Assembly: GCA_963814355.1 (NCBI GenBank)
Contig: CAWFCZ010000006.1
Coordinates: 190,746-254,745, forward strand
DNA: 64,000 nt
DNA from: an uncultured Actinomycetota bacterium
GTDB taxonomy: Bacteria > Actinomycetota > Actinomycetes > JADGOV01
Direction of reading: 5' to 3'
Both the position numbers and the translations under genes were made by a program. Under the pieces are notes generated by a model. It had not been told where the DNA came from. It saw nothing but the letters and a program-made list of their open reading frames with translations, and did not search any database. Of the stretch, positions 1-10,103 are shown in pieces (position 1 is the first letter of the stretch; every line of letters begins with the position of its first letter).

Positions 1-408
1 CTGAACCACCTCAAGCCGCACCCCGCCATCGGAGCCGACGCGAACCCGCTGTTCAGCGGACCGCACCACACGAGGCTGACCCGTTCCGGGGTCGCCAAGA
101 TCCTCGCCCGCCACGTGCGAGCCGTCCGGGCCCGCGAGCCCGGCTGGGCTCCCGGACTGCCGGTCACGCCCCATACCCTCAGGCGGAGCCGGGCGATGCA
201 CCTCATCCAAGCCGGCGTCAACCTGATCTACATCCGCGATCTGCTCGGCCACGCTGACGTCTCCACCACCGAGATCTACGCCCGCGCCGACGCCGAGACA
301 AAACGAAACGCGATCGAGAACGCCTACCAGCCGCTCACCCCGGACGCCCTGCCCGACTGGACCTCCGACACCTCTCTGGTCAGCTGGCTCGACACGCTCG
401 GGAAATGA
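1..408 (+). CDS. ritC: Tyrosine recombinase RitC, C-terminal part (5' end outside the window)
   Basis: Frame 1 is open from nt 1. The translation LNHLKPHPAIGADANPLFSG...SWLDTLGK is identical to the C-terminus of 23505-24548. It carries the HTLRRS...LLGH...EIY catalytic box. Confidence 0.85.
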   Translation: MNHLKPHPAIGADANPLFSGPHHTRLTRSGVAKILARHVRAVRAREPGWAPGLPVTPHTLRRSRAMHLIQAGVNLIYIRDLLGHADVSTTEIYARADAETKRNAIENAYQPLTPDALPDWTSDTSLVSWLDTLGK

Positions 409-414
409 CACCGG

Positions 415-505
415 CACCCGGGATTATGCGGACAACGACACGTCAAACCCGTTCCTCACAAGGCGGCCCGGGCCAGCAAGGCGCATAACGCGGCCGTCCG
501 CGTAA
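415..505. repeat. RIT-1 terminal inverted repeat (91 bp)
   Basis: Same sequence as 26863-26953 and the reverse complement of 23408-23498. It contains TTACGCGGAC, GTTATGCGCC and CCGCATAATCC submotifs. Confidence 0.85.
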
Positions 506-1545
506 TGCCGCAGATCGTGCAATGACCAATTCGCGCCCAACACCGCACTGGCGCGGGTGAACATCAACCGGGCGGCGTCGTAACCCAGCGCACGGAACGG
601 CTTGCGCAGCGTCCACCACAACGGCTGGTCCCGACCCGCCGGCACCAAGCCGTGCATCTGCGCCTCGTAGAGCCGCAGCCACACGAACGCGTCCGGCGAG
701 GCCGGCACCTGCTGCAACGCCCGCGTCCCCTTACGGATCACCGTGAGCAACTGCCGGCCGGGGTCCACGTCACCGACCGCGACGCCGAGCAACTCAGCGG
801 CCCGCGCGCCAGTCGAGACCCAGAACGCCACCAGCGCCCGGTCGCGGTGCGAGCCCAGCTGCGCGAAAACCTCGTTGAACCGCTCGTCCGGGATGCAGCG
901 CGGTGCGCGCTGCGCCAGCGTCGGACGGTACCGGCCCGTCCGCTGCGCGACCGGCGCCTCCATCGGGCTGCGATGCACCCGCCGGCCCCGGCTCAACGGG
1001 AACGGGTTCACCATCGGCCCGCTTCCGGCCTCGACATGGAAGTCGTAGAAGCCGCGCAGCACGCTCTCGCAATGCGCGACCGTCGTCGCCGCGAACCGCT
1101 CGCCCGGCCCGCGTTTACCGGTCACCTCGTTCGGCGCACCAGAGGTGTTCGCGCGGGATCGTTCCGGCTGCCGTTCGGGATAGCGCCAGTGCGGCCGTGC
1201 CGGCTTACTTGCGGTCTGCAGCCAACGGCAGAAATCCCGCGCCTCGGCCCGGGTCGCCTGGTCCCACGCGATCTCGACCGCCCACAGGAATCGGAACCAG
1301 CGCAACAGGTCCATGCCATAGGACCGCTGCGTCGCCGCCGAGCGGCCGCACGCCACCAACTCGGCGAAGAACACTCCCGCCGCGCCGATCACGGCACCGT
1401 CCGGGTCCAGCAGGCGGTACGGCTCGAACAGGTTCCCTGTCGCCTCCAACGAGCCCGACAGCGGGACCTTCAACAACGTCAGCTCACGCGGCGAATCGCC
1501 CTCGTTCAACACGAGGCCGCACGCTAGCTCCGCTGTCGCGTCCAA
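506..1545 (-). pseudogene. Tyrosine recombinase/integrase truncated after its HDLRH box by the RIT-1 insertion
   Basis: The ORF 424-1545 has an integrase N-terminal SAM-like region and a Box I (STGARAAELLGV). Native sequence ends at ...ANWSLHDLRH, after which the ORF reads into the RIT-1 repeat. The region carrying the catalytic Tyr is missing. Confidence 0.8.
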
Positions 1546-1593
1546 CGCGGGACCCGCCGTCGGCGTCCCCCAGTAGTTCGGCTAATTAACAGG

Positions 1594-1892
1594 TCCGTTT
1601 TGACCCGATCCCCGGATGGCCGCTGCAGCTTCGACGGCGCCGCCACCACACACCCGATGCCACGTCCGGTCAGGCCCCGGGCCAACCCGTAGCGTGTCGG
1701 CCCGGCCTCATACACCACCGCGACCGGACCGGGCAGGCCCCGCAACCAGCACAGCACCGCCTCCGGCTGTGGACACAGCCGCGCCCGGAACACCTCACCC
1801 GTGTCGCCGTCGATGCCGCAGGCCACCACCGACCGCGCGTGCACATCCAGACCGACACTCGTACGCTCTCGTTCCACCGGGGCCTCCCGCAA
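1594..1892 (-). pseudogene. IS110-family transposase, N-terminal fragment
   Basis: VGLDVHARSVVACGIDGDTGEV...VVYEAGPTRYGLARGL...CVVAAPSKLQRPSGDRVKTD matches the IS110 DEDD N-domain pattern. The similarity stops near 1594. Confidence 0.7.
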
Positions 1893-1984
1893 ATGTAGGC
1901 ACTACCGGCCAGGCTCACCCCGACCGGCAACCCACGACAACTTGCGAGCGAGGCCCCGGCCCGAACAACCAGGCACCTCCATAC

Positions 1985-2135
1985 CGTCTAATCCACCAGG
2001 TCTCCCGCGGCCTGCGCAGGGCGGCGGTGAACAACCTCGCGATCCAGGCGCTGGTAGCCGCCTACACCGCCGACAAGGCCATCGTCGACGAGTCCAGCGC
2101 CCGCGCCGCGGTCGCCGAAGTCACGGCAGACTGGC
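1985..2135 (+). pseudogene. ExeA/TniB-like AAA ATPase, C-terminal remnant
   Basis: LIHQVSRGL..AVNNLAIQALVAAYTADKAIVDESSARAAVAEVTAD is the same tail motif as the restored frame of the 8958-9381 fragment. No N-terminal part is present. Confidence 0.35.
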
Positions 2136-2187
2136 CAGCACCGCGTCGCGATCACCACGAAGCCCCGCCGGCCGAGCCGGCGGGGCT

Positions 2188-3120
2188 TCTCTTAGTACGT
2201 GTTGGGAAAGCGCCGGCGCGCCTACGTGACTGCGGTGGCCGGTGTGATCACTGTGAGGTGTGCGATCTTCTTCCCCGGACCGCTATCCCTCGGATCTGAC
2301 CGATAAGCAGTGGGCGCTGATCGAGCCGATGGTGCCTTTGCGCAGTGGTGGCCGGCCGGCGATCCACCCACGCCGGCGGATCGTTGAGGCGATCCTGTAC
2401 GTGAACCGGACGGGGTGCTCGTGGCGGCAGCTGCCGCACGACTTCCCGCCGTGGGACACCGTGTACTGGTACTTCAAGCGGTGGAACGCCGAGGGCACCA
2501 CCGACCGGATCCACGACGCGCTACGTGATGCGGCCCGCGACGCCGCCGGCCGGGACCCGTTGGCCTCGGCGGGGATCGTGGACGCCCAGTCGGTCAAGGG
2601 CGCCGACACCGTTGGCCGGAACTCCCGCGGCTTCGACGCGGGCAAGAAGGTCAACGGGCGCAAGCGTCATGTCGTCGTGGACACGATCGGCCTGCTGGTG
2701 GTGGTGCTGGTCACCGCGGCCAGCGTGCAGGACCGCGATGGCGGCCGGCTGGTGTTGGACAAGGCCCGGATGGCGATGCCCTCGATCGTGCTGGTGTGGG
2801 CCGATGGCGGTTACGCCGGGCGGTGTGTGGAGTTCGCCCGCCGGATGCTGGCGGGTCACCCTGCACATCGTGAGGAAGCCCGAGGGCCAGCGCACGTTCG
2901 AGGTCCTGCCCCGCCGTTGGGTGGTCGAGCGCACCCTGTCCTGGCTGGTGCGCTGCCGCCGCCTGGACCGCGACTACGAACGGTTGCCCTCCCACGCCGA
3001 GGCCATGGTCAAGTGGGCCATGATCGGACTGATGACCCGACGGCTCGCGCCGTCACCTGGCCGCCGGCCATGGCAGCCCGCCCGGGCCACATGATCCCTT
3101 TCCCAACACGTTCTTACACT
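2188..3120 (+). mobile_element. IS5-family insertion sequence (ends approximate)
   Basis: Imperfect terminal inverted repeats with core ACGTGTTGGGAAAG (2197-2210) and CTTTCCCAACACGT (3098-3111) flank the transposase. Confidence 0.65.
2260..3094 (+). pseudogene. IS5-family DDE transposase with a frameshift near 2850
   Basis: YPSDLTDKQWALIEP...NRTGCSWRQLPHDFPPW...WADGGYAG in frame 1 continues as VTLHIVRKPEGQRTFEVLPRRWVVERTLSWL in frame 2. There is one extra nucleotide around CTGGCGGGTC. Confidence 0.75.
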
Positions 3121-3128
3121 CAAACTAG

Positions 3129-3512
3129 ATCATCACCTTCAACGACGCCATCGTCGTCATCCCGCGCGTCGGTCAACACCAGGTCGGTGCGAACTCGACC
3201 ATACTCCCGTATGTCCGCATCGGTGCTGGTGCGCTTATCGGTGCCGGCTCTGTTGTGACTCGCGATGTGCCTGCCGGGATGGTCGCGTTCGGTAATCCTG
3301 CGTCAGTACAGAAAGGGGTCGAAGACCCTGACCCTATCGCCGGTTGGTCACAAGGCGTCGGTGAGCGCGCCACTGCGGATCACCCGCTCCAGCGTCTCCT
3401 ACCACTTCGTGAAGTGGTCCGACGGCGGCGCGGCGACCCACGGGGTCACCGTGACGGCGTGGAAGTCGCTCACCGTGACCTACGCCCGAGGGAGGTGAGC
3501 GGCCAAGCGTAA
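3129..3512 (+). pseudogene. Hexapeptide-repeat (LbH) acyl/acetyltransferase, C-terminal fragment cut by the IS5 element
   Basis: VGANSTILPYVRIGAGALIGAGSVVTRDVPAGMVAFGNPA is a typical LbH transferase tail. The frame opens directly after the IS5 end, with no start codon or N-terminal domain. Confidence 0.5.
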
Positions 3513-3817
3513 GGGGATCTTAGGAGTGCGCTCCGCACGACCGGATCGCCCGCCGACAAAGCGGCGGGCGGAAAGTGCCGTCCGCTCTTTGCGTCCCTCC
3601 CGCCGGAAACTTGAGCAAGCATCGCAGAGCGGTGCTGACCAAGCCCACCGTCTCCGACTGAAGTCGGCCAAGCCAACATGCTGCTACCGGCACCAGCAGG
3701 CCGCAACATCCGCCAAAGGTATGATCCGTAATGGATCTCAAAATCCCAGCATATACTGTGATAGACCGTGCAAGTGGCCCCGAAGTCTTCGGTCGGGGAA
3801 GCGAGCGCAGCAAGTGA

Positions 3818-5314
3818 ATGATCATCGGGCGTGCGGAGGGGGCGGGTCGACGTGGGACCGGTTGGTCGATGGGGCGGTTGGGCACTGAAGGTTATCTGGC
3901 GATGACCCAGGACGTCGACGAACTACAGGCAGTAGGGACGCTCGTCTCGGAGCCACCCCCTCCCGTATTGGACGATCGAGACCCGCACAAGAGCCGCCAG
4001 ACATGGCCACTGCTGCTGCTAGCGGATCTGGCGGCGCTGGCCGGCCCTGCCCTCATCGTCGACCACGGGCGGATGGCGATCGCGGGCTTGTCGTTGCTCA
4101 CTGTCCTTTTTCTTTATCAGGCTGGCATGTACCGGTCCCGATTGCACTTGTCTGTCTTGGACGAGATTCCGGTACTAGTCAGCCGGACTGCATGTGCCGC
4201 TCTAATCATCGGTATGAGCATTCAGGTGCTCAATCTCCAGACGCCGGTCAAGGCGTTCCTGTGGAACGGGGTAGTTGCAGCGCTGCTGTTGGTGACATCC
4301 CGTTGGTTGTCTTACCGCGTAGTTGGCGCATCCCGCATTTTGGGTAGAACTAGCCATCGGACCCTTATCATTGGTGGGGGCTTGGTCGCGGCACAGATCG
4401 CTACGTCGCTGAGAGATAATCCGAAGTATGGTCTTCGGCCCGTTGGATTTATGGATGTGGATCCGCTCATCGACCCAGCGAGTGGCCTAATCCCTTGCCT
4501 GGGTCACCCCGCGGAACTGCCCCGTGTGCTCATGGACTCTCGAATCAGGACTGTAGTAGTCGCCTTCGGGAATGCTCCGGAGTCGTCGATGGTGGATGCA
4601 CTTCGTGAAGCCTCTAACCGTGCCGTAGAGACTTATATAGTTCCTCGACTATATGAAGCCTTTCGACATGGCAGCGACTATGACCATATCGGTGCGGTAC
4701 CTGTTATCCGCGTAAGACCTAGTAGGCGTAACGGTGTTTCATGGATGTTCAAGAGGCTGTTCGATATTCTCGTTAGCGGAATCGCCATCTGCGCCATCTC
4801 ACCTGTGATGGCAATGGTAGCCATCGCTGTCCGACTGGAAGGCGGACCCGGCGTTCTGTTCCGCCAAGAAAGGATCGGGCGCCACGCAAAACCATTTCCC
4901 TTATTGAAGTTTCGTAGTATGCGCCCCCTGGATGACGAGGAGTCGGCCACACGCTGGAACGTAGCGGACGATGATCGTATAGGGCCGGTGGGCCGTTTCA
5001 TTAGGCGCACTTCGCTTGACGAACTACCGCAGCTGCTGAACATCATGCGCGGGGACATGAGTCTTGTAGGGCCGAGACCCGAGCGCCCATACTTTGTCGA
5101 CGAGTACACGAGCATTCACCCAAAGTATTATCATAGACACAGGGTTCCCTGCGGTCTGACGGGGCTAGCCCAAGTGAGTGGCCTCCGCGGTGATACGTCG
5201 ATCTCGGATCGGGCACGGTTCGATAACTACTACATCGAAAACTGGTCTCTCTGGCTGGATATCAAGATTCTGACGATGACTCTACGGGAGGTGTTGCAGG
5301 CACGGGGCCGCTAG
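3818..5314 (+). CDS. Polyprenyl glycosylphosphotransferase (WbaP/CpsE-like priming sugar transferase)
   Basis: N-terminal TM segments are followed by FKRLFDILVSG...LFRQERIG...PFPLLKFRSM...DELPQLLNIMRGDMSLVGPRPERP...GLTGLAQV. The start may instead be ATG 3902. Confidence 0.85.
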   Translation: MIIGRAEGAGRRGTGWSMGRLGTEGYLAMTQDVDELQAVGTLVSEPPPPVLDDRDPHKSRQTWPLLLLADLAALAGPALIVDHGRMAIAGLSLLTVLFLYQAGMYRSRLHLSVLDEIPVLVSRTACAALIIGMSIQVLNLQTPVKAFLWNGVVAALLLVTSRWLSYRVVGASRILGRTSHRTLIIGGGLVAAQIATSLRDNPKYGLRPVGFMDVDPLIDPASGLIPCLGHPAELPRVLMDSRIRTVVVAFGNAPESSMVDALREASNRAVETYIVPRLYEAFRHGSDYDHIGAVPVIRVRPSRRNGVSWMFKRLFDILVSGIAICAISPVMAMVAIAVRLEGGPGVLFRQERIGRHAKPFPLLKFRSMRPLDDEESATRWNVADDDRIGPVGRFIRRTSLDELPQLLNIMRGDMSLVGPRPERPYFVDEYTSIHPKYYHRHRVPCGLTGLAQVSGLRGDTSISDRARFDNYYIENWSLWLDIKILTMTLREVLQARGR

Positions 5315-5960
5315 TGTCGCGTGGTAGCGTAGCTTCTGGATTGCATACCGTGCGAACTCGATACCTCCCAGATGAAAACGGGTCGATGTGGTTGGATTTT
5401 GAAACCCGCTGATAGCATCGGCAAAGTGGCCCTCTAGTACTCCAGCCGTAGTGTGTCCTGAAGGACCGGAGGTGACCTGATGACGGGGTGATCTGCTGGT
5501 TCGTGCTCGTCGTCGCTTGCCGGGTTGAGTCCGGTCCGGGTAGCTGTCAGGAGGCCCGGTAGCAGACTGGCGGCTCGGGTTGGAAACGGTCCGGGTCGAA
5601 GCCCAGTGTCAGAGCCCATGTGGGGGAGCGACTGGACGGTCCGCAGCATGAAGCGAAGCCGGCAGCGTCGTTAGAGTTCCTGCCCGTGAGGGTGGGGGTA
5701 GAGGGAGCCGAGCCGCTTACGTCACGGTGAAGGCCATGGACGCGGTGAAGGTCCTGAAGATGCAGCCGCAAGGAACCCCCCGGCGTACGGGGCGTGGAAC
5801 GTTCAGATAGTGACGGCGGGAAAAGGAGAGGCCCTCCCCGGCCCGGTGGCCCGCGATAGATCGTCACCGGAGGTTCGTGCCCTATAACCGGTTCACGCCG
5901 GGAAGTGGGTGTCGTGTCGGGTGGGCGTCGGAGGCGGTCGTAGTGTGGTACACGGAAGGC

Positions 5961-7130
5961 ATGAAGGCGCGTCTGACATTGGTCTGCCTTGTCGTCGCTG
6001 GATCTCTTATGGCTGTGTTGGCTATGCCACGAATGACACCGGCGCGTCCTGGCCCACGCTCATGCACGGTGGAAGGTGCTCGACCCTCCGTCGATAGGAA
6101 GGGCCAAACCGGAACCTGCGACCCACCATTAGGTGCACGCACCATAACTGGTCACACCATAGGCGACTATGCGGGATTCTCTCCCGGTGGTCAACTCGCA
6201 TACTTGTCGGGTAACGCTCTGCGCCGAGACCTTGACACACAGGTGAGTGTGGGGGCGAAGTGGCTCCGGGTCGACTTTGCATGGGCCTTCGTAGAGCGCC
6301 GCGAGGGAACGTACGACTGGTCCGCCCTCGATGGGGTCGTTAGGGAGGCCAACTCCCGTCATCTCAAGATCCTAGCGTTAGCGGCTTACTCACCGGAGTG
6401 GGCCCGTCCAGCGCACACCACGGATAAGACGCCTCCGACCGACCCGAGCCGTTATGCCGCTTTCGTTCGAGCTGCAGCGGCACGATACTCGCCGCTGGAC
6501 GTACACCACTGGGAGATCTGGAATGAAGCCAACGTAGCTGTCTTTTGGCAGCCCAGGCCCTCCGTCGCTGCCTACTTAGGTTTGCTCTGCCAGGCTTATG
6601 CGGCGATTCACACAATCGATCCCAACGCTACGGTCATATCGTCCGGCCTAGCGCCTGCGACGGACAATTACAACGGTTCAGAGATCGCTCCGGGCACCTT
6701 TCTACGGCAGATTTATGACCTGAGTGGAGGGCTATGGTTCGACGCAGTTGGCGTACACGCTAACTCTTACCCCTACCGCCCCTCGTACCAGGTGCCGTGG
6801 AACACCTTCCGGCAGGTCCCTAAGCTTTATCGCATAATGCGGGAGAGTGGTGACGGTAGCAAAAAGGTGTGGCTCACGGAGTCCGGGTGGGCCACAGGCT
6901 CGGCACCGCGGGCAGTAACCCCGACGCAGCAGCGTGAGTACCTCGTCGAGCAGTATGAACTCTGGGCGCGGTGGCCGTGGGCCGGCCCCAACTTCACTTA
7001 TACGATGCGCGACATGGGAACGAACCCCAAGGACCTGAACCAGAACTTCGGTCTGCTCAGGTACAACTACTCGCCAAAGCCCTCCTGGTCAGCCTACAGA
7101 GCTGAGATGGCGTTACCGTACAGGTGGTGA
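5961..7130 (+). CDS. Secreted glycoside hydrolase, TIM-barrel (GH5/GH39-like)
   Basis: ATG 5961 follows GGAAGG and gives a signal-like N-terminus (MKARLTLVCLVVAGSLMAVLA). It has WEIWNEAN and WLTESGW acid/nucleophile-type motifs and is a paralogue of 18910-20301. Confidence 0.65.
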   Translation: MKARLTLVCLVVAGSLMAVLAMPRMTPARPGPRSCTVEGARPSVDRKGQTGTCDPPLGARTITGHTIGDYAGFSPGGQLAYLSGNALRRDLDTQVSVGAKWLRVDFAWAFVERREGTYDWSALDGVVREANSRHLKILALAAYSPEWARPAHTTDKTPPTDPSRYAAFVRAAAARYSPLDVHHWEIWNEANVAVFWQPRPSVAAYLGLLCQAYAAIHTIDPNATVISSGLAPATDNYNGSEIAPGTFLRQIYDLSGGLWFDAVGVHANSYPYRPSYQVPWNTFRQVPKLYRIMRESGDGSKKVWLTESGWATGSAPRAVTPTQQREYLVEQYELWARWPWAGPNFTYTMRDMGTNPKDLNQNFGLLRYNYSPKPSWSAYRAEMALPYRW

Positions 7131-7146
7131 GCCTTTATTGTCGATC

Positions 7147-8529
7147 CTATCTCGCCGTATCTGTCCGGGACGCTGCGTCGCTGCCCACTACCCGACTCCT
7201 GACGCCGGCAGTCGCGGGGGGCAATTCGGGTGGCGGGAGACAGGTCACCACGCCGAGCAATAGCCAGAACAGCAGATCTACCGGAAAGATCTCAAGATAG
7301 GTAGCGACAGTGGACGCGAGCGCAGCGGCGATTGTTGCGGCAGCGATACCCAACGCGACGGCAGAATTCTGCGCGTCAGGGCTGGCGGCCGCTCGATCCG
7401 CGGCAGCAGCCGCGGAGATGAAGAAGAGAACGAGCACCCAAAACCCGAGGACACCTAACTCATACGCAGTCTTGAAGTAGTAGTTGTCGGGCTGGTAGAT
7501 GCTGGTGGCAGCACCGTGCGTGAGGGTGGCGAGTTTGGCTGCTGCAGCGCCGCTGGCTCCAATCCCAGTGCCGAACGGCTCGCTCAGAATCACGTGAATG
7601 TTGGTGATCCAGCCCGTGCTCCTTTCCTTCAAGCTATTGGAGGACAACGCGGTGGCCAGTAGCCCGCTTGGGAGGAGGAGGACGGAAATTAGCAGGACCG
7701 GCGCCGTGGACACGAGTACTCGGTAACGACGTATCGTCAAATAGATAACGCCGGCAGCCAGCCCGACGTAGGCTGCCCGCACGAAGGAGGACAGTAGTCC
7801 AGCTACCAGCACGGGTGACGCAAGCAAGAACAGTCGGTTCCTCAACCGTGCGATATCGGTAAGAGCCACCGGTATCCCCACCAGCAGGACAACCATCTCG
7901 TACAATCCGAACGGAAACGGCTGTCGAAAGCTTGAAAAGGACCGGAGGTGACCGCCTGTCGTGCGGACGCTGACGTCGTAAGCGTATCCAAGATTATGCA
8001 GAGCCTGTTGTCCGACTGCTTGCTGCACCAACCCGTAGCACGCACAGATGAAGGCCGTGATCATAAGTATGGTGATTAATCGGTCCCGGTCCTGACGGTT
8101 GAACGGGTGTCGCCGCAGAATCACGACCAGCAAAACGTAGAAGAAGTCGACTTTGAGCCCCACGACAGCTTGTCGCCATGGCGTCACTATCGCGCTAGCA
8201 CAGGCGAGCATGACCAGCGCCAACAGGGCAGCCACCCATGGCGGCTGCGGGGCGCCCCGTCGCCGGGTCGGCCGGTGCACCAGGCTGGAAAGTAAAGAGG
8301 CACTGACCACTGTCTCTTTCCAGGCCGCGGCCCCGGAAGGTAAATTCGGGACCAGGACAAGGAGGCCGTCGAAGGGGACAAGCGTAGCCACGACGAGCAG
8401 CCCGAATTGCGGCCGCCGTGAGATCCGGGAGGCGCCGAACGTAAGCACGACGATAGCTGGTATCGCCACCCACAAAAGCACGCGTACCCCCAGCGATCGC
8501 GACCACCCAAGCACCTCGGCCGCGCGCAA
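7147..8529 (-). CDS. O-antigen ligase/polymerase-like (Wzy-type) integral membrane protein
   Basis: 460 aa with many predicted TM helices and one larger loop, located in a polysaccharide cluster. The family call rests on architecture only. Confidence 0.55.
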   Translation of the reverse strand: MRAAEVLGWSRSLGVRVLLWVAIPAIVVLTFGASRISRRPQFGLLVVATLVPFDGLLVLVPNLPSGAAAWKETVVSASLLSSLVHRPTRRRGAPQPPWVAALLALVMLACASAIVTPWRQAVVGLKVDFFYVLLVVILRRHPFNRQDRDRLITILMITAFICACYGLVQQAVGQQALHNLGYAYDVSVRTTGGHLRSFSSFRQPFPFGLYEMVVLLVGIPVALTDIARLRNRLFLLASPVLVAGLLSSFVRAAYVGLAAGVIYLTIRRYRVLVSTAPVLLISVLLLPSGLLATALSSNSLKERSTGWITNIHVILSEPFGTGIGASGAAAAKLATLTHGAATSIYQPDNYYFKTAYELGVLGFWVLVLFFISAAAAADRAAASPDAQNSAVALGIAAATIAAALASTVATYLEIFPVDLLFWLLLGVVTCLPPPELPPATAGVRSRVVGSDAASRTDTAR

Positions 8530-8957
8530 TCGTAGCCCGCCGAGAGGGGGACTGTCCGATCACGCAGCGGATCCGATTGGTGATGCTGCGGTCGTGCCCG
8601 CACCTCGGCCTCTCCCTTTCGTCTGTGGGATGGTCTTGGGCTGCGACACGGGGTGTGAACGCAGGGGAGTGCCTACCTGTTCGGGAACTGCTCATTGGCG
8701 AGGTCAGTAGCGAGCCCTGAACCACCCGGCGTGTCCGGAGGCTCCGGTCCGCGAGGATGGAGTCCGATGACAGGCATTGTCACATAGGTATCCGCAGGAG
8801 CTCAAGGAGTGTTAGCCGCCGCGCTGGATGAGGATTTCGGCGTCGCTGTCGCTGCGGATGGCTGGGATGAGGAAGGCCCCGTCCCGGGGTTCGGGGCGGG
8901 GTCTTCGGGGTCGGGGTGTCGGATTGGTGTTCGCAGTGTCGCTGGATCTGGCGGTGG

Positions 8958-9381
8958 TTATTCGGCGTTGACCTCGGTGATGGCGGCGCGGGCGGCGGAG
9001 GCGTCGACGATCGTCTTGTTCGCCGCGAAGGTGGCGACGAGGGCTTGCAGCGCGAGGTTGTTCACGGCTCTGGGTAGCCCGCGGCTGGTTTGGTGGATCA
9101 GGTCGGCGGGCGTCGTCGCTGAACAGTTGGTCGCTGCGGCCGACGAGTTTGAGGTGGTGGGTGAGGTAGTCCCGGGTCTCGGCTTGGGTCATGCCGGGCA
9201 GCGCGTAGCGGAGCATGATCCGCTGGTCCAGGGCGGCGAACGCGCCGAGTTTGATCCGGCGTCGCAGGGTGGGCTGGCCGAGCAGCAGACCGGTGAAGGG
9301 CGCGACGCTGTCCATCTCGCTGTTGGTGAGCAGACGCAGCTCTTCGAGTTGGTCGGCGGAGGGTAGGTGGGCTTCGTCCAC
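8958..9381 (-). pseudogene. ExeA/TniB-like AAA ATPase fragment (starts at Walker B, 1-nt frameshift)
   Basis: VDEAHL..QLEELRLLTNSEMDS..LLLGQPTLRRRIKLG..LDQRI.LRY..GMTQAETRDYL is present. After LFSDDA one extra C shifts the frame. The restored frame gives ADLIHQTSRGLPRAVNNLALQALV...EVNAE and a stop at 8958. Confidence 0.6.
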
Positions 9382-9461
9382 TTTACCGACCGCGGAGGCC
9401 GGGATTCCCCGTGTTTCCTGCGCTGGAACGAAGCGTACATGTCAGCGACAATCGCTTGCTG

Positions 9462-10103
9462 CTATTGGGACCGCGCGTCGTTGGTTCGCTCTGAATCGCG
9501 CTCCTTCCCCGTGGCGATGTGTTCCGGCGCGGCGAGTTGTGCTTCGAGGTCAGCGATGCGCCGGTCCTGGAACCGCAGGTTGGAGCGGGCGGCTTGGAGT
9601 CGTTCGTCGAGGGTGCGGTTGTCTGCGGTGAGCTGCTGCGCCCGCTGCTTGAGCGTGGTGTTCTCCATGCTGACATGCTGGATCTTGTCTCTGGTCCAGT
9701 GGGATTCGAGATCGCGGATGCGGCCGATGAGTTCGCCGATGCGGCCTCGTTGGGTGAGGATCTCGGCGTTGGCGGCCTTGAGCCCGTCCTCGGCATTGAG
9801 CGCTCGTTCACGCCAGGTCGACTCCTCCCGCTCGCTGCTTCGACCGGTGGATCCCTTGTCCCGCTGAGGGGCTTGCATGGCTGCCGCGTCGATGGCGGCC
9901 TTCGCGTCGGGGTTGCTGTAGAGGAACGTGCGGGACACGGCGGCGCGGCGGGCGAGGGCAGCGACGCTGACCGGCGTCTTCTCTCGGCGTAGGCGGGTGA
10001 TCGCGTCGGTAACGCGGTCGAGCGCGGCCTGGGTGCCACGGCGGCGGGCAGCCAGCGCTGCCGCGGTCCGGGGCTCAGGCCTTTCGATGTCAACGCTTGT
10101 CAT
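9462..10103 (-). CDS. TnpC-like coiled-coil protein of a Tn554-like module (orphan remnant V)
   Basis: MTSVDIERP...TPVSVAALARRAAVSRTFLYSNPD followed by long heptad-like repeats. Same architecture as 16212-16781 and 36790-37379. Its ATG overlaps the stop (ATGA) of an upstream ORF remnant that is cut by the IS3 end at 10251. Confidence 0.6.
   Translation of the reverse strand: MTSVDIERPEPRTAAALAARRRGTQAALDRVTDAITRLRREKTPVSVAALARRAAVSRTFLYSNPDAKAAIDAAAMQAPQRDKGSTGRSSEREESTWRERALNAEDGLKAANAEILTQRGRIGELIGRIRDLESHWTRDKIQHVSMENTTLKQRAQQLTADNRTLDERLQAARSNLRFQDRRIADLEAQLAAPEHIATGKERDSERTNDARSQ

Larger units (their letters stand above)
1..505 (+). mobile_element. RIT (recombinase-in-trio) element, family RIT-1, copy 1; only the ritC-proximal 505 bp lie in the window
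   Basis: 1-505 is the reverse complement of about 23408-23912, with the same RitC C-terminus and the same 91-bp terminal repeat ending GCGTAA at 505. The rest of the element is upstream of the window. Confidence 0.8.

Noticed and set aside
5453-5885. An ORF-less group II intron between the priming transferase and the hydrolase genes.
   Set aside because: Only the first ~35 nt resemble intron 5' ends. No domain V-like 34-mer was found and the length is too short. It is kept only as a low-interest non-coding anomaly.
8153-8725. ORFs 8153-8710(+), 8187-8603(-) and 8195-8725(-) around the 5' end of the Wzy-like gene.
   Set aside because: They overlap the membrane-protein gene or its upstream region, and their composition shows no motifs and no signal of coding.
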